A stretch of 64,000 nucleotides of DNA from Candidatus Bipolaricaulia bacterium (GCA_042219045.1 JBDGQO010000033.1:28167-92166); one strand, 5' to 3'. Positions 9,775-19,303 are shown, counted from the first letter of the stretch. Notes: generated by a model not told the origin, from the sequence alone. Numbers and translations are program-made.

Positions 9775-10479
9775 ATGCGTGATGGCGACGTCGGCGCCGT
9801 GCTGTTGGCCGCGGGTCGAGGCCAGCGTATGGGCGCGGACATGCCCAAGGCCTACCTGCCATTGGGTGAGAAGCCGATCCTGCAGCACAGCCTCGAGACA
9901 TTCGACGCCAGCGCGCTGGTGGGCGAGATCGTCCTGGTGACCCACCCGAGCGATCGCGAGCTTCTCGAGGCCCATGTCTTGGGAAGCTATGCTCCCCGAA
10001 CGCAGGTGAAAGTCATCTACGGCGACGAACATCGACAGGATTCGGTCCAGGCGGGCGTCCGGGCCGCGCGGTCACCCTGGGTTGCCGTCCACGATGCAGC
10101 TCGGCCGTTTGTGACGGATGCGCTGTTCGTCAGCTGCATTGAGGCGGCCGAAACCTATCGGGCCGCGCTGCCGGTCGTGTCGGTCCCCGATACCGTCAAG
10201 GCGGTCGATGAGGATGCGTTCTCGCTCGGCGACGTCGACCGTGAGACGCTCCGACTCGCCCAGACGCCCCAGTGTTTCGAGCAACTGCTGCTGGATCGTT
10301 CCCTTGACGACGCCGAACGGGAAGGGCGCTATTTCACGGACGAGGCCGGTGTCGTGCTCGCCACCAGCGGGATCAAGTCGCGAATCGTGCCGGGCGAGAT
10401 GACCAACTGGAAGATCACAACGCCTCAGGATCTGGCGCTGGCCGAGGCAATGCTGAATGCCGGGCTGGTGGCTCCTTAA
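9775..10479 (+). CDS. ispD: 2-C-methyl-D-erythritol 4-phosphate cytidylyltransferase
   Basis: AVLLAAGRGQRMGADMPKAYLPLGEKPIL..., 234 aa. Confidence 0.88.
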   Translation: MRDGDVGAVLLAAGRGQRMGADMPKAYLPLGEKPILQHSLETFDASALVGEIVLVTHPSDRELLEAHVLGSYAPRTQVKVIYGDEHRQDSVQAGVRAARSPWVAVHDAARPFVTDALFVSCIEAAETYRAALPVVSVPDTVKAVDEDAFSLGDVDRETLRLAQTPQCFEQLLLDRSLDDAEREGRYFTDEAGVVLATSGIKSRIVPGEMTNWKITTPQDLALAEAMLNAGLVAP

Positions 10480-10564
10480 CCCCGGAGCCCATCGACGCCC
10501 TCCAGCTATCCTGCGCGCCGCTCGATCAGGATCGCCAATTCTTTCGCATTTGTTGGCCAATTGC

Positions 10565-10593
10565 TTGATCGGTCGCGTCGGGCGTCGTACACT
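10565..10593 (+). promoter_or_regulatory. Candidate promoter TTGATC-17-TACACT upstream of M16 peptidase operon
   Basis: Spacing exact. Preceded by palindrome TTGGCCAA (10553-10560). AGGAGG SD 9 nt before ATG 10712. Confidence 0.3.
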
Positions 10594-10711
10594 CGCTCGG
10601 GATCTGTCGCAAGCCGTTCACCGGACGTTACCTTGACGGCTACCGAGCAAGGCGCGTCTGGATCGACGGAAAAATCTCGACGCAGCCACCAACAACAGGA
10701 GGTATGTCACG

Positions 10712-12202
10712 ATGGAGCGATTGGGTGTGATCGTCCTGGTTGCGGCGGCAGCGATTGCCGGCGCCGTGCTCTTGTTGACGCAGGCGCCGACGGCGCCGGA
10801 GCCGCAGCCAACGCCCCCGGCCACGGATGACTCGTCATCGACGACGTCTGAACAGGGCCAAGAAGAAACTGAGCAGTCGTCGGACGAACAAGCCGACACG
10901 GACGCCGAGACCGGCGATGCCGAGGCGACCGGTGACTCGACCTCCGCTCTGTCCGAGCGGACGCTCGATAACGGCCTCAACGTGATCGTTTACGAGGATC
11001 ATACCGCGCCCGTGGTGGCGGTCAACGTCTGGTACCACGTTGGCTCACGCAACGAACCTCGCGACAAGCAGGGCATGGCCCACATGCTGGAGCACATGAT
11101 GTTCAAGGGCTCCAAGAACATTGCGCCCGAGGAGCACGCCAAGCTGATCAACCAAGCCGGCGGCTCCAACAACGCCTTCACGCGTGAGGACGTGACGGTC
11201 TATTTCGAGACACTGCCCCAGGAGAAGTTGGAACTGGCGCTCCGGCTGGAGGCCGAGCGGATGCAGAACCTCATCATCGCGCCCGAACAGTTCAAGTCCG
11301 AACGGAAAGTCGTCAAGGAGGAGTTCCGCGCCCGCTTGGAGAACAACCCGACGTCGCGGGCCCTGCAACGCTTCCGCAAGATCGCGTTTGAGGGGACGCC
11401 TTACGCCTGGACGGCCGCCGGTAACCCTGAGGATCTCGACAACATCACCGTGGCCGATCTGAAGCGCTTCTACGACACCTATTACGTGCCGAACAACGCC
11501 GCGCTCGTCATCGCGGGAGACGTCGAGCCGAAGCGAGCGTTCGAGTTGACGCGGAAGCACTTCAGCGACATTCCGCGAGGCAAGCAGCCGGAGGAACCCG
11601 ACGTGGCCATGCCGACCCCCGAACAGATGCGGACCGAGCAGGTTAAAATGCCCGTCCAGCTGCCCGCGGTCATCGGCGGCTACCCGTTGCCCGAAGCCGG
11701 CAGCGAGGCGGCGACGGCGCTGCAGGTGGCCGGGACGATCCTGTCCCAGGGCGAGAGCTCGCGGCTGAAGCAGTCGATCGTGCGCGATCAGGGCTTGGCC
11801 GTTGCAGCAGGGGGCGTGCCGCGGTTCTACGAAGACCTGGGCATGATGCTTCTGTTCGCCTTCTACACCCCGGGTCAGAGTTCGGACAAGGTCCAATCGG
11901 CCCTCTTGGACGAGATCGCCAAGCTGCGCAACGAGCCCGTGGGCGATCGCGAGCTGCAGAAGGCGAAGAATCAGCTCAAGTCCCAGTACGTCTTCAACCT
12001 CGATTCGATCAACGGCGTCGCCAACGCCATCGGCGAAGCGGAAGTGATTCGCGGGGATGCCCAGCACTTCCTCGACGGCAAGTCGCGCTATGAGGACGTG
12101 ACCGCCGAGGACGTGCAGCGCGTCGCGCAGAAGTATCTGACCAAGGATCGGCTAACGCTCGTTCAACTCGTGTCGCAGCAGAGAGGAGGCTCGTCGCAAT
12201 GA
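10712..12202 (+). CDS. M16 family zinc peptidase, catalytic subunit (pitrilysin-like), exported
   Basis: Signal peptide. Inverted zinc motif HMLEHMMFKG (HxxEH) present. Acidic/Ser-rich linker after signal peptide. ATGA overlap with downstream partner. Confidence 0.85.
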   Translation: MERLGVIVLVAAAAIAGAVLLLTQAPTAPEPQPTPPATDDSSSTTSEQGQEETEQSSDEQADTDAETGDAEATGDSTSALSERTLDNGLNVIVYEDHTAPVVAVNVWYHVGSRNEPRDKQGMAHMLEHMMFKGSKNIAPEEHAKLINQAGGSNNAFTREDVTVYFETLPQEKLELALRLEAERMQNLIIAPEQFKSERKVVKEEFRARLENNPTSRALQRFRKIAFEGTPYAWTAAGNPEDLDNITVADLKRFYDTYYVPNNAALVIAGDVEPKRAFELTRKHFSDIPRGKQPEEPDVAMPTPEQMRTEQVKMPVQLPAVIGGYPLPEAGSEAATALQVAGTILSQGESSRLKQSIVRDQGLAVAAGGVPRFYEDLGMMLLFAFYTPGQSSDKVQSALLDEIAKLRNEPVGDRELQKAKNQLKSQYVFNLDSINGVANAIGEAEVIRGDAQHFLDGKSRYEDVTAEDVQRVAQKYLTKDRLTLVQLVSQQRGGSSQ

Positions 12203-14403
12203 ACCGACGGCACATGTCGACTTGTCAGGTCATTGCCATCGCGACGATCGCGCTAGTGGTGGGCGCCTCGTCGCTCGGAATGGCGCAGAGTTCGGACGTT
12301 GACCAGATTGATCTGCCGCCGACGCACCGAGCGACGCTCGACAACGGCCTCAAGGTGCTGGTGCTGGAACAGCACAACCTGCCGATCGTGCAGTTCAACC
12401 TCCGCGTCGGCGCGGGCGGCTCCGCCCGCGATCCGGACGGGAAATCCGGACTGGCGTCGTTCACAGCACAGATGCTCACCGAAGGAACAGAGAACCGCAG
12501 CGGCGACGAGATCGCCCAGCAGATCGACTTCGTCGGCGGGCAGCTGGGCGCCAGCGCCTCGTCGGACCATGCCACGGTCAACGCGCGCGTGTTGCGCGAC
12601 GACTTCGAGGTCGGGTTGAATCTCTTGGCCGACGTCGCCATTGACGCGACGTTTCCCGAGTCGAACATGTCGACGGTTCGGCGACAGCTGGTCGGCAACG
12701 TCAAGTCGGCCCAAGACGATCCCGGTTCGCTCGTCGACCGCCGCTTCCGCAACATGCTCTTTGGGGGCGATCATCCGTTAGGCCGAGCATCGACGGAGAG
12801 CTCGATCAACGCCATCTCGCGGAGCGATCTCGTCAAGTTCCACAAGACCCACTACCGCCCGAACGTGTCCACGCTCGTCATCGCTGGCGACGTGACGCCC
12901 TCGGCCATCATGCCCAAGGTGCGCGAGGCGTTCGGTTCCTGGCAGCGGGCGTCGGTGCCCGAGCTGGATCTGGAATCGCCCTCGACGCCCAAGTCGAACG
13001 ACGCGCTCTTTGTCCACAAGCCGGGTCAGACCCAAGTCCAGATCAGGCTTGGCGAGCCTGGGCTGGCCGTGTCGAGCGACGACTACCTCGCCATGCAGAT
13101 CGCCAACTACGTCCTCGGAGGTGGGGCGTTCTCGTCTCGGCTGTTGCAGGTCGTGCGCTCCGAGGCCGGCCAGACGTACGCGATCAGCAGCCAGTACGCG
13201 TCGTACGAGTTCCCCGGCTACTTCCAAGTGAGCACGTTTACGCGCAACAACCAGCTCAAAGACACCCTCCAGCTGGTCATGGACGAACTTTCCAAGTTCC
13301 GCTCCGAGGGATTGACGGAAGATGAGCTCGACGCCGCCAAGGACCACATCGCCGGCAGCTACGTGCTCGGCCTGGAGACGCTGTCGGGTCTAGCCAACGA
13401 GGTGCAGAACGCGATTGCTTACGATCGCGGCCTCGACTGGATCCGGAATTACAAGCGCACGATCCGTTCATTCACGCTGGAGGAGATCAATCAGACGATT
13501 CCGAAGCATCTCCACCCGAGCAGCCTCCAGATGGCTTTGCTCGGTGACTTCAAGACGCTAGCCCAACTCAACAAACGGACGGATCAACTGGTCGAGGGCG
13601 TGGCGCTCAGTGATGTCAACGTCGTGGAGTGGACCCAGCCGTTGGGTGCCGAGCCGATGAGCTTTACGGCGTACAACGACCAGCGCCAGCAGGCGCAACA
13701 GCCGCTGACGCTGGAGTGGAACGCCGACGTCGGCGAGGACGCGCGGTCCGTGTTGGAAAACGTCATCAAGGCCGAAGGCGGCGCCGACGCGCTGGAGTCG
13801 CTCACGTCGTATCATGCCGTCGGCCAAGGCATCGTACGCCAACGGGGCCAGACGATGAGCGCCCAGATCGAGACCTGGGTTGATCCTCCCTTGAAAGTCC
13901 GCCAGCGGACGACGATCTCGCGCGGCGATCAAGCGATTGCCGTGGATTATCTGTGGAACGGCGAACAGGGTTGGGTCGGCCAAGGCCAAAACTGGCGAGA
14001 CATGCCGGCCGATCTGACGCGCGAGATGAAGGTCGGCATGGTGTTCGATCCGGTCTTTGCGCCGCTGTTCATCAGCCGTGAGGGCTATCAGTTCACCCAC
14101 AAGGGACAGGTCGAAATCGGAGATAGGAAGGCGGATGTGATCCAGGTGACGACGCCGGAGGGCCAATCGGGCAAGCTCTACTACGACACCGAAGCCCATC
14201 TCTTGCGCCGCTTGGAGCGTCCGGAGAAAGCCGGGCAGACCCGGACGACGTATTACCGCGATTATCGCAAGGTGAACGGCTACATGGTCCCGTTCTTCCG
14301 CGAGACCGTCGTGGCCGGTCAGACGATCAGCCGCGTCCAGCTCCAGACCGTGGAGATCAATCAGGAGCTGGACCCCTCGCTCTTCCAGAACCCCACAAAC
14401 TGA
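12199..14403 (+). CDS. M16 family non-catalytic subunit (no HxxEH) fused to a ~280-aa C-terminal extra domain (candidate LolA-like fold)
   Basis: 734 aa, signal peptide. M16 fold through about residue 455 (LDNGLKVLVLEQHN..., no HxxEH). The C-terminal region (nt ~13564-14403) holds GQVEIGDRKADVIQVTTPEGQSGKLYYDTEAHLLRRLE and YRDYRKVNGYMVPFFRETVV motifs, not M16-like. Confidence 0.8.
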   Translation: MNRRHMSTCQVIAIATIALVVGASSLGMAQSSDVDQIDLPPTHRATLDNGLKVLVLEQHNLPIVQFNLRVGAGGSARDPDGKSGLASFTAQMLTEGTENRSGDEIAQQIDFVGGQLGASASSDHATVNARVLRDDFEVGLNLLADVAIDATFPESNMSTVRRQLVGNVKSAQDDPGSLVDRRFRNMLFGGDHPLGRASTESSINAISRSDLVKFHKTHYRPNVSTLVIAGDVTPSAIMPKVREAFGSWQRASVPELDLESPSTPKSNDALFVHKPGQTQVQIRLGEPGLAVSSDDYLAMQIANYVLGGGAFSSRLLQVVRSEAGQTYAISSQYASYEFPGYFQVSTFTRNNQLKDTLQLVMDELSKFRSEGLTEDELDAAKDHIAGSYVLGLETLSGLANEVQNAIAYDRGLDWIRNYKRTIRSFTLEEINQTIPKHLHPSSLQMALLGDFKTLAQLNKRTDQLVEGVALSDVNVVEWTQPLGAEPMSFTAYNDQRQQAQQPLTLEWNADVGEDARSVLENVIKAEGGADALESLTSYHAVGQGIVRQRGQTMSAQIETWVDPPLKVRQRTTISRGDQAIAVDYLWNGEQGWVGQGQNWRDMPADLTREMKVGMVFDPVFAPLFISREGYQFTHKGQVEIGDRKADVIQVTTPEGQSGKLYYDTEAHLLRRLERPEKAGQTRTTYYRDYRKVNGYMVPFFRETVVAGQTISRVQLQTVEINQELDPSLFQNPTN

Positions 14404-14441
14404 CGCGGCGTACTACGCGTCGCAATCGAGCGAATCGCGAC

Positions 14442-14468
14442 AAGGGGCGGCCCCCATGGCCGCCCCTT
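14442..14468 (+). terminator. Strong GC hairpin (11-bp perfect stem AAGGGGCGGCC/GGCCGCCCCTT, 5-nt loop) just after M16 operon stop
   Basis: Seen directly in sequence. No U-tract, but high-GC intrinsic terminators often lack one. Confidence 0.4.
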
Positions 14469-14521
14469 GGTCATGCACGTCGTGCCGACGGTTGACGCGT
14501 TCCCCCGTCGTCGGGCTATGA

Positions 14522-15589
14522 TTGGGCAACCGTCGCAAGTCGAATCCCAAAGGGCAGGGGGGAATGGACGTGATGCGCTCTCCGACGTTGACACGCTGGC
14601 TCCGCCGAACGTTGGTGGTGCTGGTTGGATTGGCGATAGTGGGCGCGGCGTGGAGCGGCAACGCTCAAGCGCCGTCGCTGGAGCTAGAGCAGTCGCTCGA
14701 TCCCGCCAGCATCGCCGTTCGCGGAGAGGGCGATACCGACACGGCCTCCATGACGCTTACGATCCGGGCTCCCGAAGCCAACAGCTCGTCGCTGGATGTG
14801 GTCTTAGCGCTCGATCGGTCGGCCAGCGTTGACCTCAGCCGCGTGCAGCACGTCGCCCTCGCCGTCGTTGATCACTTGGCGCCCGGCGACCAGGCGGGCG
14901 TCGTGTCGTTCGCGAACCGCGCTGGCGTTGATCAAGCGCTGACCGACGACCGAACGTCGGTTCGCAACGCCATCCGTGGGCTCGAATCGGATGCACTGAC
15001 GGCGCTCGGCGACGGCCTGCGACTGGCCATCGACGAGCTGACGTCCAATGGGCGTTCCGACGCGCAGCCGCTGGTCGTGTTGCTCACCGACGGCGTCAAT
15101 TTGACCGGCCGTTCCGCGCTTCCCGAGGCGGCTCGGGCCGCTAAGCACGACATCCCCGTCATGGCAATCGGCGCGGCGGATTCGCTGCGAACACGCATCA
15201 TGCACAACGTTGCGCGTCGGGCCAACGGCGTCTTCTACGAGCGCTTCAGCACGGACGTCTTGGAGTCCGTCTTCCGTCGCGTCGATCGGCCGGTGGTGGC
15301 CCGCTCGCTCCAACTGCGGGACGCGATCGCGAGTAAGCTCAACTACGTCGGAGCCGAGGAGAACCCGCCATCGGTGCTGCCGGGCGACGCCGTGACCCAG
15401 TTGGAATGGCATACGCCGACCATGTTTGCCGGCGAGGTCTGGACGACGACGTATCGCCTCAGCGGCGATGAAGCGGGCACATATCGGCTGCACCGTCGAC
15501 CGTCCGGGCTGAGCTATCGTCACCCATCCGGCAACGAGGTCGATGTGGCGTTTCCCAAGCGCCCCCAATTGACGGTCGAGCAGCCCTGA
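14522..15589 (+). CDS. von Willebrand factor A (VWA) domain protein, exported or membrane-anchored
   Basis: Likely start at MDVMRS (14564). N-terminal hydrophobic segment, MIDAS motif DRSAS, LLTDG. Confidence 0.75.
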   Translation: MGNRRKSNPKGQGGMDVMRSPTLTRWLRRTLVVLVGLAIVGAAWSGNAQAPSLELEQSLDPASIAVRGEGDTDTASMTLTIRAPEANSSSLDVVLALDRSASVDLSRVQHVALAVVDHLAPGDQAGVVSFANRAGVDQALTDDRTSVRNAIRGLESDALTALGDGLRLAIDELTSNGRSDAQPLVVLLTDGVNLTGRSALPEAARAAKHDIPVMAIGAADSLRTRIMHNVARRANGVFYERFSTDVLESVFRRVDRPVVARSLQLRDAIASKLNYVGAEENPPSVLPGDAVTQLEWHTPTMFAGEVWTTTYRLSGDEAGTYRLHRRPSGLSYRHPSGNEVDVAFPKRPQLTVEQP

Positions 15590-15612
15590 GCGGTCACGTC
15601 GAGGTCGAGCGC

Positions 15613-15951
15613 ATGAACACGGACCGCTTTGCCGACTACCAGCGCGAGTCACGCAAGACTTGGAACGAGATCCGCATGGATCATCCGATCGTCTATCCGA
15701 CGATGGGACTGGTCAACGAAGCGGGCGAGCTCGCAGGCAAGGTCAAAAAGCTATTTCGCGACAAAGACGGGCACATCGACGACGAGGATCGCGAAGCGCT
15801 CAAGGGCGAGCTCGGCGACTGCCTCTGGTATCTCACCCAAGTCTGCACGGAGCTTGAGCTCTCGCTTGACGAGGTGGCGGGCACCAACCTCGACAAGCTC
15901 TTCTCCCGTTTGGAGCGCGGAAAGATCGGCGGCGAAGGCGACGACCGCTGA
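15613..15951 (+). CDS. MazG-like nucleotide pyrophosphohydrolase (small all-alpha NTP-PPase, YpjD-like)
   Basis: 112 aa. EAGELAGKVKK...ELGDCLWYL motifs typical of the MazG/HisE fold. Confidence 0.7.
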   Translation: MNTDRFADYQRESRKTWNEIRMDHPIVYPTMGLVNEAGELAGKVKKLFRDKDGHIDDEDREALKGELGDCLWYLTQVCTELELSLDEVAGTNLDKLFSRLERGKIGGEGDDR

Positions 15952-15966
15952 GCTTGTCATCGGCTG

Positions 15967-16623
15967 ATGATCGACGTCGACCTCGCGCTGCGCCGTGTCG
16001 AAGGGGCCGTCGAAGCCTATCCGAAGGCGGGTCTATTCGAACTGGCTGAGGAGGGATTCCGATCCCCGTTTGAGATCCTCACTGCCTGCATGATCTCCAT
16101 CCGCACCAAGGACGAAACGCTTATGCCGATCGCTCGTCGCCTGTTTGGACAAGCTCGGTCGCCGACCGAGATGGCTGATCTATCGGTGGCGACGATCGGC
16201 GAGTTGATCCAAGGGTGCGCGTTTGCGGCGCGCAAGGCCGAGCAGATCCATGACATCGCAAGGTTTTTGAGTGAGCACTATCGCGGCGAGCTGCCGTGCA
16301 GTCGTGATCTGATGCTGTCGTTCAAGGGTGTTGGGCCGAAGTGTGCGAATCTCGCGCTCGGCATCGCCTGCGGCGAGCCCCCCTCGATCCCCGTTGACGT
16401 CCACGTCCATCGGATCGTCAACCGCTGGGGCTACGTCGACACGTCATCGCCGGAGCGGACAATGGCGGAACTGGAGGCCAAGCTTCCGCGCGAGCATTGG
16501 CTGGCCATCAATCGGCTCTTGGTGCCCTTCGGCAAGCACGTCTGCACGAGCCAGCGCCCGCGCTGCTCAGATTGCCCGTTGGCGGCCATGTGCCCGCAGA
16601 TCGGCGTGGAGCGCCCGGCTTAG
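15967..16623 (+). CDS. Endonuclease III family HhH-GPD DNA glycosylase with [4Fe-4S] cluster loop
   Basis: 218 aa. HhH GVGPKCANLALG (Lys present), catalytic Asp in VDVHVHRIV, C-x6-C-x2-C-x5-C (CTSQRPRCSDCPLAAMC). Confidence 0.8.
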   Translation: MIDVDLALRRVEGAVEAYPKAGLFELAEEGFRSPFEILTACMISIRTKDETLMPIARRLFGQARSPTEMADLSVATIGELIQGCAFAARKAEQIHDIARFLSEHYRGELPCSRDLMLSFKGVGPKCANLALGIACGEPPSIPVDVHVHRIVNRWGYVDTSSPERTMAELEAKLPREHWLAINRLLVPFGKHVCTSQRPRCSDCPLAAMCPQIGVERPA

Positions 16624-17420
16624 GTTCGACCCACCAGACGATGCGCGACCGCCAGGACGAGGCGTTGCGGGGCCCGACGGGCGAGGAACGCGCCGAGCTT
16701 GTTTTTCCAACCGGGCACGACCACCCGCTTGCCGTTCATGAGGCCGCGGTAACCGGCGTCCACGACCGGGTCGACGTCCATGACCAGCTGCCGATGCGTT
16801 AGCCCGGAACGCTCCATGGAAGCACGCTCCAAAAACGGCGTGGACGTCGGCCCTGGGCAGAGGGCCGTGACGCTCACGCCGTGCGGACGCAGTTCGGCGT
16901 GGAGCGCTTCCGACAGCGACAGAACGTAGGCCTTGGTGGCGAAGTAGACCGCCATGCTCGGCCCGGGCTGGAACGCCGCCGTGGAGGCGACGTTGAGGAT
17001 GCGTCCCTGCTCGCGGTCGATCATCGACGGCAACAGCCGATGGGTCAGTTCGGTCAGCGCGTGGACGTGGACCTGAATCATCTCCAGTTGTGCCGTCAAG
17101 TCGGTCTCGAGGAACGGCCCGTAGGTGCCGAAGCCGGCATTGTTGACCAGCACGTCGACGTTCACGTTCGTGATCGTCAGGTGGTGCAGAAGCGTCTCGA
17201 CCGCTGAGGGCTCGGCCAGGTCTTGGGGGCAGTCGGAGACGGGAACGCCGTAGGTCGACTCCAGGTCGCGTCGGAGGTTGGCCAACCGGGTCTCGTTGCG
17301 CGCCACGACGGCCAGCTCGAAGCCGTCCTGGGCGAAGCGCTCGGCGAGCCCGCGGCCGATGCCGCTGGTCGCCCCCGTGATCAGAGCCGTGGGTCGCTGC
17401 GTCTGTCCGGAATCGCTCAT
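16620..17420 (-). CDS. Short-chain dehydrogenase/reductase (SDR)
   Basis: TGATSGIGRGLA Rossmann motif, catalytic YFATKAY (YxxxK), NNAG. Confidence 0.85.
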   Translation of the reverse strand: MSDSGQTQRPTALITGATSGIGRGLAERFAQDGFELAVVARNETRLANLRRDLESTYGVPVSDCPQDLAEPSAVETLLHHLTITNVNVDVLVNNAGFGTYGPFLETDLTAQLEMIQVHVHALTELTHRLLPSMIDREQGRILNVASTAAFQPGPSMAVYFATKAYVLSLSEALHAELRPHGVSVTALCPGPTSTPFLERASMERSGLTHRQLVMDVDPVVDAGYRGLMNGKRVVVPGWKNKLGAFLARRAPQRLVLAVAHRLVGRT

Positions 17421-17473
17421 GCGCAGGCGCCATCCACCTCAACGGTAGGTAGCCTAGTCGACAGGCGCACGGA

Positions 17474-17728
17474 TCACAAGTCGGCGCGTTCGCGCAGCGC
17501 TTCGACAAAGAGCATCTCGTTCACCGTCAGGGATTCGCCCGATTCGAGCTTGGGGGGCAACGCCCGGAGGTCGATCAGGCGCCAGTAGCGGCCGCGATGC
17601 CGAAAGCGGCACCGGCGTTTTGCGACGAACGCCCGGCAGCGTTCACAGTAATACGCTCGGCCCGCCGCATCGGCGCGCTCCAGTTGAGCCCGAAGATGGG
17701 CGGCGAGGTCGATGGATCGCTTGGCCAT
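17474..17728 (-). CDS. Small basic Cys-containing hypothetical protein (84 aa) downstream of VKOR
   Basis: Trimmed from the 169-aa ORF to ATG at 17728 (MAKRSIDLAAHL...YYCERCRAFVAKRRCRFRHRGRYW...). The longer form would overlap the VKOR gene out of frame. Confidence 0.3.
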   Translation of the reverse strand: MAKRSIDLAAHLRAQLERADAAGRAYYCERCRAFVAKRRCRFRHRGRYWRLIDLRALPPKLESGESLTVNEMLFVEALRERADL

Positions 17729-17796
17729 GGCCGGGTTATCCCGACCCACATTGACCCATAGCGTGGAGCCATGCAAGGGATCATAACGGTGGGGTG

Positions 17797-18240
17797 TCAC
17801 CTTGCCGTTTGCGCGCGCATGTCCCGCAGCACCCATACCGACAACAGCCAGGTGAGCAAGCCGATGACGGCGGAGGTAAGACACCAGGAGCAGAGCGCGT
17901 GGATGACGTAGAATTCCAGATACGTCAGATAGACGGCGAAGACGACGCCGGCCTGCGCGATCCCGAACACGGCCAGCTGGCAATAGCTCGCCACCGGCGG
18001 ATTGGTGCGGAGACTGGCCAGTTGCAGCGCCAAAATGCCCACATGCGATGCCAGTCCAATGGCGGAAAGGGGGACGCCGAAAATTTCCGAATAGACAGAA
18101 TTGTCGACAGTTTGGCAGCCCGACCCCGTGAAGCAGACGATCGGCGCCACGAAGTGCTCGAACAGCAAGTAAGCGGAGACGCCGATGCCCAGCAGGGCGA
18201 GCATCATGATTCCAGCCCGCAGGAGAAGATCACGGTCCAT
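17797..18240 (-). CDS. Vitamin K epoxide reductase (VKOR) family membrane oxidoreductase
   Basis: 147 aa, multi-TM. Loop cysteines (CFTGSGC) and active-site CSWC near C-terminal TM. Confidence 0.85.
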   Translation of the reverse strand: MDRDLLLRAGIMMLALLGIGVSAYLLFEHFVAPIVCFTGSGCQTVDNSVYSEIFGVPLSAIGLASHVGILALQLASLRTNPPVASYCQLAVFGIAQAGVVFAVYLTYLEFYVIHALCSWCLTSAVIGLLTWLLSVWVLRDMRAQTAR

Positions 18241-18251
18241 GATGGATCAGG

Positions 18252-19244
18252 TCACGGGCTTGACGAAGCCCGCTCCAGTTCCTCCTTGATGATCTCCTCG
18301 AACGCCGAGAACGGCTGGGCCCCGATCAGGAGCCGCCCGTTGATAAAGAACGTCGGCGTGCCGATCTGCTCCGCTCGTTGCTGGTCCTGTTTCGGAAGGT
18401 CGTTGATCAACGCCGAGAGGGATTCGCGGTCGTCCATCACCGACGCGAACTTCGGGTCCTCGTTCAAGCAGTCGACATAGGCGGCGTTGCAGGCGTCGGC
18501 GTCGCTTGTGTCTCCCGACTGGCAGGCTTGAAATTCCTGCTCGCATTGCGAGGCAAGCGACGCATAGCGATCCAAACAGCGATTGAACACCCGCATGTCG
18601 AGCTCGATATTGGCGGCCAGTTCCTTCAGGTCATTCGTCTCCAGGTGCTGCGAGTCGGATACGTTCTGCTCGGGAAATATGCGCTTGAACAGCGCATCGG
18701 CGTAGGTCCAGAACGCGTCCTGGGCGTGGGCGCACTCCGCGGCCACGGCCGACTCGATTGAAGCCATGCCGTGGACCGTCAAATTCCGGAAGACGTAGCG
18801 GACTTTGTCCGTCTCAATGTAGGTCTTTTCCAGCTTAGGAAACGTCTCCCACATGAATTCCGCACAGTAGGGGCAATAGAACTCGCCGAACTCGATGATC
18901 GTCACGGGGGCATTGGAATCGCCTAGCGTCGGGTCCGCTGACGCCACTGGCTCAGGAGGCGTTGGTGTCTCGTTCGCGGTTGTCGATGGAGGAGACGATT
19001 CGTCAGACGATGTCGACTTATCCGTGCCTCCCGCTTTCTTGGTCTCATCGGCCGAACGTTCGGGCGTGTCAGGCATATCCGGTTTGGGGGACTCCACGAC
19101 TTGATCAGCCGAGTCCGGTCCCCGAGCCAAGTGGGCTGACCACTGGCTCAAGCCGATCAGCAGCCCCGCAGCCACAGCCGCCAGAATGGCTGCAAGGGCG
19201 ATCATCGAACGGGATGGTGCCATGTCGCTCCGCGGTTCCGGCAT
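18252..19244 (-). CDS. DsbA-family thiol:disulfide oxidoreductase, membrane-anchored with long low-complexity linker and Cys-rich insertion
   Basis: N-terminal TM (MIALAAILAAVAAGLLIG), about 80-aa P/S/T/E-rich linker, thioredoxin fold with CPYC. Six more Cys in NRCLDRY...QCEQEFQACQ...DADACNAAYVDCL. Confidence 0.8.
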   Translation of the reverse strand: MPEPRSDMAPSRSMIALAAILAAVAAGLLIGLSQWSAHLARGPDSADQVVESPKPDMPDTPERSADETKKAGGTDKSTSSDESSPPSTTANETPTPPEPVASADPTLGDSNAPVTIIEFGEFYCPYCAEFMWETFPKLEKTYIETDKVRYVFRNLTVHGMASIESAVAAECAHAQDAFWTYADALFKRIFPEQNVSDSQHLETNDLKELAANIELDMRVFNRCLDRYASLASQCEQEFQACQSGDTSDADACNAAYVDCLNEDPKFASVMDDRESLSALINDLPKQDQQRAEQIGTPTFFINGRLLIGAQPFSAFEEIIKEELERASSSP

Positions 19245-19303
19245 TGCGTTCGTTCTTGACCCTAAGGTCTTTTATAGGGGTGGTACCCGCCCGATGGAAT
19301 GAC

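Noticed and set aside
17729-17983. Long form (169 aa) of the small basic Cys protein
   Set aside because: Would overlap the VKOR gene by 187 nt out of frame. Trimmed to internal ATG 17728. Even the short form is low-confidence.
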